The position numbers and the translations under genes are program-made. A model generated the notes under the pieces. The model did no database searches. It was not told where the DNA came from and saw only the letters and a program-made list of their open reading frames with translations. From NCBI GenBank assembly GCA_965277405.1, contig OZ255726.1, forward strand, positions 768,001 through 832,000: a DNA stretch of 64,000 nt, in the 5' to 3' direction. Each line of letters begins with the position of its first letter. Position 1 is the first letter of the stretch. This document shows positions 53,449-64,000 of this stretch, in pieces. This DNA is from Gammaproteobacteria bacterium. Its GTDB lineage: Bacteria; Pseudomonadota; Gammaproteobacteria; G965277405.

Positions 53449-54101
53449 GCCAGCAAACTACCATTATCCAAGCGGATGACATTGGCCGCTGTATTCTGTT
53501 GCAACATATATTCGTCATGGGTAGCGACCATCACCGTAGTCCCTTGGATCGCGCGGTCGACAAAGATTTTCATAATATCGATGGAAAGCTTGTCGTCTAA
53601 GTTTCCCGTTGGTTCGTCAGCTATGAGGTATTTCGGGTTATTGACCAGTGCGCGCGCAATACACACGCGTTGTTGTTCACCTACAGATAAATGTGCTGGT
53701 TGCTCGTTAGCCAAATTTTCTAAATGCACGTGTTGTAACGCCTTGGTAACCTTGTTGGCGATGAACTTTTTATCGGTGTTGACAATTTGCAAAGGTAGGC
53801 TGACGTTTTCAAATACAGTGCGGTTGTGGAGTAATTGATGGTCTTGAAATACTAAGCCGATGCTGCGCCGCAATTGTGATACCTGCCTTGCTTGCAATTG
53901 TGCAATATTAAAATTCCCCACGGTGATGTTGCCTCTTGTAGGAGTAAGCATTGCCATGATTAGGCGAATCATGGTGGATTTACCAGCGCCAGAAGGACCT
54001 GTAATAAAACTGAACGAACTTGACTGAACGGTCAAGTTGATATTGTGTAATGCTGTATGCTCGTTTGGATAGCGTAACGTTACATTCTCAAAGCGTATCA
54101 T
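53445..54101 (-). CDS. ftsE: Cell division ATPase FtsE
   Basis: GPSGAGKS, LRRSIGLVFQD and ADEPTGNLD motifs. Confidence 0.92.
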   Translation of the reverse strand: MIRFENVTLRYPNEHTALHNINLTVQSSSFSFITGPSGAGKSTMIRLIMAMLTPTRGNITVGNFNIAQLQARQVSQLRRSIGLVFQDHQLLHNRTVFENVSLPLQIVNTDKKFIANKVTKALQHVHLENLANEQPAHLSVGEQQRVCIARALVNNPKYLIADEPTGNLDDKLSIDIMKIFVDRAIQGTTVMVATHDEYMLQQNTAANVIRLDNGSLLA

Positions 54102-54972
54102 GTGTACCTACCATCCGTTGTGCATATTCATGGGCACTGAATACTGCCAAGTCATCGGGTTTTTCGCCAATTCCGATAAATCGAATCGGTACCGCATATT
54201 TACTCAAGGCAACTGCTATACCACCTTTAGAGCTGCCATCAAGTTTGTTGATCTGAATACCAGTAACGCCAATAGCCGCATGAAACTGTTCAAATTGTTG
54301 CAATGAATTATTGCCATTGTTGCCATCGAGCATCAGCAATACTTCATGCGGAGCTGCAGTGTCAATTTTTTTTAGCACCCGTGCAATTTTCTTTAATTCA
54401 TCCATCAGTCCTTGCTTTGTATGCATTCTTCCTGCTGTATCGGCAATTAACACATTGATATTTTTTGCCTTGGCGGACTGGAACGCATCAAAAATTACTG
54501 ATGCGCTGTCGCCATTTAGGTGTTGCGCAACAACGGGTATTGATAGTTTTTCTCCCCAATATTGCAATTGAGAAATCGCCGCAGCGCGAAATGTATCGCC
54601 TGCAGCGAGCATTACTTTGTGGCCATTATCTGCGTAATATTTCGCAAGTTTGGCAATCGACGTTGTTTTTCCTACACCATTCACACCAACAACCAATATT
54701 ACTGTAGGTTGTTGCTGTATTGCAAGATGTTGTTCCAACGAACACAATTGTGCAGTAAGGGTGTCGACGAGCACCTCCATTGGGTCTGTATCTGCATGGC
54801 GATTAAGTTGTTGTAAAATATGCGTTGTTCCTGCAACCCCAGTGTCTGCGCTAATAAGCACATCTTCGAGTTGTTGCAGCATTTCAGCGTCGATGCTCCG
54901 CGCACTGAACATGCCACGCAAGGTATCTTTTAAACCACTGGTTACTGTTTTACGATGAAATAATCCAAGCAT
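54088..54972 (-). CDS. ftsY: SRP receptor FtsY (NG domain only)
   Basis: GVNGVGKTT, DTFRAAA, DTAGR and KLDG motifs. Confidence 0.95.
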   Translation of the reverse strand: MLGLFHRKTVTSGLKDTLRGMFSARSIDAEMLQQLEDVLISADTGVAGTTHILQQLNRHADTDPMEVLVDTLTAQLCSLEQHLAIQQQPTVILVVGVNGVGKTTSIAKLAKYYADNGHKVMLAAGDTFRAAAISQLQYWGEKLSIPVVAQHLNGDSASVIFDAFQSAKAKNINVLIADTAGRMHTKQGLMDELKKIARVLKKIDTAAPHEVLLMLDGNNGNNSLQQFEQFHAAIGVTGIQINKLDGSSKGGIAVALSKYAVPIRFIGIGEKPDDLAVFSAHEYAQRMVGTHDTL

Positions 54973-55131
54973 AACTACACCATAATCCGTAAATTGGTTA
55001 ATCTAAATAAAGTACGACACTAGCGCAAAACGTATTGAGCAAGGCAAAATCGGTGGAGTATTCATGGTGTATGCTCTGGGCATCATCATTCAGTAATCAG
55101 CCGTTCGTCAATTAATTGAGTGATCATTACT

Positions 55132-55704
55132 ATGGATTGGATAGTAGCTAGTCATAATGCACACAAAGCAGCTGAAATATCGCAGATTTTACAGCCTGCT
55201 GGTATTTCTTTATCTGTAACACAAGCAACAGAGCCAAAAGAGACTGCTACGACGTTTATCGAAAACGCAATGCTTAAAGCACACCATAGCGCATTACAAG
55301 CTAATCGACCAGTAATAGCAGATGATTCTGGTATTTGTGTTGCAGCACTCGGAGGCTTGCCAGGAGTGCGCTCAGCACGATTTGCTCCTAATGGTATCAC
55401 AAATACTGACTATTTATTACAGCAACTTGCAGGAGAACACAATCGCGCCGCAATGTTTGTTTGTGTGGTGGTGGTATTACAACATGCAGCTGACCCGTGC
55501 CCATTGATTGCCCAAGGATATTGGCATGGAACAATCGCACATCAGCCTCAAGGTGACAATGGTTTTGGCTATGATCCAATATTTATTCCAAGCGAATTAA
55601 GCTGTAGTGCTGCAGAATTATCTGCAACTAACAAAAATGCAATAAGCCACCGTGGCAAAGCATTATCCACATTACTCACCTTGCTTGACCCGCATGTTGT
55701 ATAG
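55132..55704 (+). CDS. rdgB: dITP/XTP pyrophosphatase
   Basis: ASHN..K, ADDSG, FGYDPIF and SHRG motifs. Confidence 0.93.
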   Translation: MDWIVASHNAHKAAEISQILQPAGISLSVTQATEPKETATTFIENAMLKAHHSALQANRPVIADDSGICVAALGGLPGVRSARFAPNGITNTDYLLQQLAGEHNRAAMFVCVVVVLQHAADPCPLIAQGYWHGTIAHQPQGDNGFGYDPIFIPSELSCSAAELSATNKNAISHRGKALSTLLTLLDPHVV

Positions 55705-56536
55705 GTTGCTGTGTTGTATTGGCAGCATGCCGATGCCTGTTTTTCGCGTGCTGGCAATGGTATGTGTGCCGTTGTTTTTACTTGTTGATTGGAAGCATAA
55801 CCGCGTTGCCACAACAAATTTCCGTTTGTGTTATCCCAATTCCACCAGCTCACGGCGAATGCTGTGGCTCATTGCAAATTACTACAACACAATTTGGGCA
55901 ATATTTGGGACTATATATAACTCGGTGCATGAGAATACAGCCACCCAGCCAGCAGTCAACATCCAAGGCCTTGCGCCAATCCACCGCTTGATTGCGGCGG
56001 GTGAGACTGTGGTATTGATTGGGTATCATCATGTATGGTTGGAAACTTTTTTGGTGGCACTTTCTGCGCAAGTACCGCTAACTGTCAGCTATCGAAAAAA
56101 TCGAAATACGGCATTAGAGCGACTGTGTGCACGGCGGAGCCGCGGCGCCACACTGGTCTCAAGCAAAGAGCCAAGGGCGATGGTTCGCGCCATTAAAAAA
56201 CCTTGTTTGTTTTGGCATACGGTTGATCAAGACATCGGCGCAAAAAGCTCCTATTTCGTCCCGTTTTTTGGCATACTCGCTGCGACGCATCATTCATTAC
56301 CGAGACTCGCCAGAATAGCGAATGCCAAACTTGTCCACTTTTCGTTGCATCGCGATGGCAATCTGCTCCATGCAAAACTTGATGCGCCATTTGCACCAGC
56401 TACAGACCCCCGCCGTGTCATGGCAGATATTAACCAAACTATTATGGAAAAAATTAAACCGCAGCCCAGCCAATATTTGTGGACGCATAAACGCTTTAAA
56501 ACCCAGCCAGATACACAACTGAATCCATATAAATAA
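55694..56536 (+). CDS. Lipid A late acyltransferase (LpxL/HtrB family)
   Basis: H....E, DQD, FVPFFG and QYLWTHKRFKT motifs. Confidence 0.85.
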   Translation: MLYRLLCCIGSMPMPVFRVLAMVCVPLFLLVDWKHNRVATTNFRLCYPNSTSSRRMLWLIANYYNTIWAIFGTIYNSVHENTATQPAVNIQGLAPIHRLIAAGETVVLIGYHHVWLETFLVALSAQVPLTVSYRKNRNTALERLCARRSRGATLVSSKEPRAMVRAIKKPCLFWHTVDQDIGAKSSYFVPFFGILAATHHSLPRLARIANAKLVHFSLHRDGNLLHAKLDAPFAPATDPRRVMADINQTIMEKIKPQPSQYLWTHKRFKTQPDTQLNPYK

Positions 56537-56537
56537 C

Positions 56538-57773
56538 TTATTCCTTACTGTTGCTAACTCGCAGGATGCCGTCTTTAACAACACAGGCAATATTTCCTAT
56601 CAACGGTTTTTCTTGAACAAACCAAGGACTGCTTTTTCCATTACTTTGCCATGGATAGCCGCGCGGCATATTTGGTTTAAAGACAAACCAATCGTTGTTA
56701 CATTGGTGTTCAATGCCTAAAATCTGCGCGGGTCGAAACGACGTTGCTTGAGCAATGTGTTGCCAATGTAACTGTTGGGTTGCTACCAACGTATTCAATC
56801 CATGTATCATCCCGTCAAACGCCGAACAACCAAACGCCGCCATGTCAAAAGGCAGGTGCTTATATTGAGCATTATATGGACGATGTTGCGAGACGATTGC
56901 ATCTATTGTTCCATTGCGTACCCCTTCAAGTAAGGCATTGCGATCCTTAACAACGCGCAATGGCGGTAAAACTTTAAAGGTTGGGTCAAATGGTCCAATA
57001 TGGTTATCTTCAAAAAGGAGCTGCATGATCGAAACATCACAGGTAACATGCACTCCTCTGTGTTTAGCCTTAGCAATAAGTGCGACTGAGTCTTTGGTCG
57101 ACACGCAGGAAATATGGATGCGTGCTCGTGTATGTTCAGCAAGTGTCAGTACTGCGCGTAGCTGTATAGTTTCTGCAATGCGCGGGATGCCAACCAAACC
57201 GCGGCGCAACGCAAAGTGGCCATTATGCGCAACACCTTGCGCACTCAAGCTGGCATCACTTGGTTGCATCATCACTAACACGTCATCATTTTTGGCAATT
57301 TTGAGTGAGTTCATCAATGCATTATGGTTTTTCATTGGATAATGCATTTGGCTAAATGCCGCCGCACCGCTATCGTATAATGAGCGCATTGAAGTCGGCT
57401 TTTCGCCTTTGAGTTGTTGCGTGAATGCGGCAATAGGAATAATTTTTGCGGCGTTTGCATCTGCACCTTTTCTGGTAACAAGTTCTACTACACTGCTGTT
57501 GTCGATTACTGGACTGGTATCTGGTTGGCAGGCAATACTGGTAATGCCGTTGGCCAGAGCAGCTTTTGACTCACTGTTAATGGTCGCATGCTGTGTATAA
57601 CCTGGCTCGCAAAGCCACGCATTCAAGTCGATAATACCTGGCAAAATAATCGTGTCCGTTGGCTTGTCGCTACTTGGTTGCCAAATGGCGGTATTATTTG
57701 CAGCAAAATTCAACTGACAATTGCTGTGCTGCGCCAATGCGTAATTTTCTCCAATAATAAAATTATTGGTCAT
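56538..57773 (-). CDS. pyrC': Dihydroorotase-like protein, probably the inactive PyrC' subunit of ATCase
   Basis: PGIIDLNAWLCEPG lacks the HxH metal ligands; coupled to pyrB. Confidence 0.8.
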   Translation of the reverse strand: MTNNFIIGENYALAQHSNCQLNFAANNTAIWQPSSDKPTDTIILPGIIDLNAWLCEPGYTQHATINSESKAALANGITSIACQPDTSPVIDNSSVVELVTRKGADANAAKIIPIAAFTQQLKGEKPTSMRSLYDSGAAAFSQMHYPMKNHNALMNSLKIAKNDDVLVMMQPSDASLSAQGVAHNGHFALRRGLVGIPRIAETIQLRAVLTLAEHTRARIHISCVSTKDSVALIAKAKHRGVHVTCDVSIMQLLFEDNHIGPFDPTFKVLPPLRVVKDRNALLEGVRNGTIDAIVSQHRPYNAQYKHLPFDMAAFGCSAFDGMIHGLNTLVATQQLHWQHIAQATSFRPAQILGIEHQCNNDWFVFKPNMPRGYPWQSNGKSSPWFVQEKPLIGNIACVVKDGILRVSNSKE

Positions 57774-58758
57774 TTACTTCTCTCGCTGCACAGATCATAG
57801 CAATGATAGCCATGCGTATCGCCACCCCATACTTAACTTGGTGTAAAATCATGGAACGTGGCCCATCTGCAACATCGCTATCTATTTCTAAATTACGGTT
57901 AATTGGTCCAGGATGCATGACGATACACTCTGGGGCAGCACGCTGCAATATTGCTTCGGTAAGACCGTATTGCTCAAAATACCATTGTGGCGAAGCAAAC
58001 AATCCTTGCTGCATGCGTTCTTGTTGAATACGCAATGAAATAACGATGTCGGCACCGTCGATTCCCTCTACCAGCCGTGTGGTTGTAGGTAGGCTGAATG
58101 AGCTGACTGGATCTGGCAATAATGTTAGTGGACCAACTAACCGAATGTCACTTACGCTGAAAATTTTTAAGACTTGAATGAGCGAACGAGCGACGCGTGA
58201 ATGTAAAATATCCCCAACAATAGCAACTTTTAAATCTTCAAATGGTTTATTTGCAGGACGTACTTTGTGGCGCAACACTGTTAAAATATCCAGCATAGCC
58301 TGCGTTGGGTGCGAATGCTGGCCGTCACCGGCGTTGACAACACCAACTTTTGACTGCACTTGCCGAGCAATAAAGTGCGCGGCACCATTTGCATGATGGC
58401 GAATCACAAACACATTGGCTCCCATGGCCCCAAGGGTGTGGAATGTGTCAGCAAGGCTTTCACCTTTTGCAGTAGAAGAAGACTCGATATCGAGAGTGAT
58501 TGAGTGCGCCCCAAGCTGTTTTGTGGCAATTTCAAACGATGTGCGGGTACGGGTCGAGTTTTCAAAAAATAAATTGACGACTGTCTTGCCTTTTAACAGT
58601 GATAGTCGCGTTAACTCCGCAGGTTTCTTTGCAAGTAAATCTTCAGTTGTATCAAGAATGGCTTGTAATGAGGGCTGGTCAAAATCACCAATAGACAAAA
58701 AATTCTTCAGCGCACCGTTTGAAAATTGCTGCAATGGATTATTAACACTGTAGTTCAT
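57763..58758 (-). CDS. pyrB: Aspartate carbamoyltransferase catalytic subunit
   Basis: FFENSTRT, HPTQ and HPGPINR motifs. Confidence 0.96.
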   Translation of the reverse strand: MNYSVNNPLQQFSNGALKNFLSIGDFDQPSLQAILDTTEDLLAKKPAELTRLSLLKGKTVVNLFFENSTRTRTSFEIATKQLGAHSITLDIESSSTAKGESLADTFHTLGAMGANVFVIRHHANGAAHFIARQVQSKVGVVNAGDGQHSHPTQAMLDILTVLRHKVRPANKPFEDLKVAIVGDILHSRVARSLIQVLKIFSVSDIRLVGPLTLLPDPVSSFSLPTTTRLVEGIDGADIVISLRIQQERMQQGLFASPQWYFEQYGLTEAILQRAAPECIVMHPGPINRNLEIDSDVADGPRSMILHQVKYGVAIRMAIIAMICAAREVNDQ

Positions 58759-58870
58759 ACAGAGTTCGTGCCAATTGATGCATCGCCATAACAATCATGG
58801 GGCTTAGTGTCTAGCAATAACAGGGATTCCAATACGTTCTAGGTGTTGGTATTCTCAATACACATGTGCA

Positions 58871-62301
<3,431 letters not shown>

Positions 62302-62336
62302 GATAAAAACTGTCAAAGGTGTTGCAATAGGTAGAA

Positions 62337-64000
62337 TTACGCTTCAGCCATTTCAAGGGCTTGATGTATATCAACACCCACGATTCTTGAAACACCTGAC
62401 TCATACATTGTCACTCCTAACAGCGACTGCATGTTTTCCATTGTTGTTTTGTTGTGCGTAATAAGAATACATTGTACCTGTTTCGTTATCTCTTTGAGTA
62501 AATCACAAAAACGAATTACATTTACATCATCAAGTGGGGCGTCAACTTCGTCTAATAAGCAAAATGGTGCTGGGTTTAGTTTAAATAACGCAAAAATAAG
62601 GGCAATCGCAACCATGGTTTTTTCACCACCTGATAATTGAGTGATTTGTACAGCTCGTTTTCCTGGTGGTTGCGCGATGACTTGCACACCTGCTGTCAGT
62701 AAATCACTATCTGTGAGCGCTAACCGTGCTTCACCGCCACCAAAAATAGTGGGAAATAGCGTGTTAAGCGATGCGTTTACTTGTGCAAAAATATTGGCAA
62801 ATGTCTCTCGGGTTTCTTTGTTTATTTTTATAATTGCACTTTCAAGTTTGTCGATTGACTGTGTTAGATCATCATATTGGCAATCAAGATATACCTTACG
62901 TTCAAACTCGGTTTGGTATTCAGTGTCAGCAACGAGATTAACATTCCCCATTTTTTGCAGTTTTGCATCGACACGTTCTGACTGCTGCTGGTATGTCTCG
63001 ATGGGTTTTGAGGAATCTATATCTTTTAATGCAGCGTGGAGATCGACATTGACAAATTGTTGTTGAATATTTTTTTGCTCGGTTGCGAATACAGCCTGCT
63101 GGACTTCTAACTGACTAATACGCTGGACGCATGTGGCGATTGCAGCGGTTGCTGTAGCGATATTCTTTGAATTTTCCTGCAATTCCGCTTTACATTGTTG
63201 TAAATCATGTTGGCAATTTTTCACATGTTCCTCTGCAAGAACATGTTCACTCAACAACTGTTGGATAGCTGCGTTAATACTTTCTGGCTGATTGCGAACA
63301 GCAACTAACTGCGTATTGATATCTTCGATATGTTGTTGATGGCGCTGTTGCTGCTCACGCGCGCGTGCCACAGACTGTGCGACATTAGTGATGGTTTGTG
63401 TTGATGTTGATAGTTGCTTATCTACAGCATGAAACTCAGTTTGATGTTGTTGTAGCAACTTGTTACTGCTTGCAAACTCACGTTCATATTGTTGATGGAG
63501 AGCAACGAGTTGCTGATAATCGGCATCATGCGCTGTTGCCTGTTGCAGGGCAGCGTTCCATGCGAGTTTTTTTTCATTTATATCGCTGACAATGCTTTGG
63601 AGTTGCCCATCGATACGCTCACGTTCTGTGGCGATGCGTTGTTGCTCTGATTCAGCTTTTTCGATTTGGCTGCGTAATTGCGAAACCTGTATTTGAATAT
63701 CACGGTTGGCATTTTGTACCGTATTGAGGTGCAGCCGTTGCTGGCTTGTCGTATCTTTTGCTGATGTGATGCGATTGCGATAATGGGTTATTAACTGCAG
63801 TTGCTCTTCTATGCGTCCTGTCAAGGTATCCGCACGCGTCGTTAATTGTTGCAGCTGGGCTTGTTGGGCGATTGCCGTGCTTGCGGCGTTCATCTGCTGT
63901 GGCTTGTAGATCCAGTTATTGCCAAGCAAGGTGCCATCTTTGACCACAATCACTTGTTGCGGAGTAATATTTGCTTGGAGTTGCCATGCATCAGCTAGCG
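62337..64000 (-). CDS. smc: Chromosome segregation protein SMC (C-terminal part; extends beyond the window)
   Basis: Coiled coil; GNVN, LSGGEK and LDEVDAPLD motifs. Confidence 0.95.
   Translation of the reverse strand, partial: LADAWQLQANITPQQVIVVKDGTLLGNNWIYKPQQMNAASTAIAQQAQLQQLTTRADTLTGRIEEQLQLITHYRNRITSAKDTTSQQRLHLNTVQNANRDIQIQVSQLRSQIEKAESEQQRIATERERIDGQLQSIVSDINEKKLAWNAALQQATAHDADYQQLVALHQQYEREFASSNKLLQQHQTEFHAVDKQLSTSTQTITNVAQSVARAREQQQRHQQHIEDINTQLVAVRNQPESINAAIQQLLSEHVLAEEHVKNCQHDLQQCKAELQENSKNIATATAAIATCVQRISQLEVQQAVFATEQKNIQQQFVNVDLHAALKDIDSSKPIETYQQQSERVDAKLQKMGNVNLVADTEYQTEFERKVYLDCQYDDLTQSIDKLESAIIKINKETRETFANIFAQVNASLNTLFPTIFGGGEARLALTDSDLLTAGVQVIAQPPGKRAVQITQLSGGEKTMVAIALIFALFKLNPAPFCLLDEVDAPLDDVNVIRFCDLLKEITKQVQCILITHNKTTMENMQSLLGVTMYESGVSRIVGVDIHQALEMAEA

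Overview
Most of this window reads as the chromosome of an IS-rich, pseudogene-accumulating gammaproteobacterium, possibly host-associated (inference). Core genes include groES/groEL, uvrD, ftsYEX, rdgB, pyrB/pyrC', ligA, zipA and smc. The first ~6.1 kb is an AT-rich, fragmented segment of Flavobacteriaceae-like genes carrying the same IS elements as the rest of the window. Three IS5-family lineages (here called A, B and C), an IS1595 and ISL3/IS481 relics are present. At least 8 copies of a ~294-bp fold-back MITE share the IS5-A termini; it appears to form a composite transposon and marks a duplication breakpoint. Accessory cargo includes an Agrobacterium-type oxidative uronate cluster (gci, GntR, TRAP, udh), a GC-rich adhP, an MsAcT-like SGNH acyltransferase and a dGTPase. 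The best candidate for an undescribed system is a 3.4-kb cassette at 34562-37943, bounded by 24-bp direct repeats. It encodes an outer-membrane barrel (one nonsense codon), a Sec-exported precursor with a double-glycine-type leader and basic toxin-like tail, candidate immunity genes and a stand-alone C39 peptidase. All family assignments come from motif recognition by eye, not database searches.
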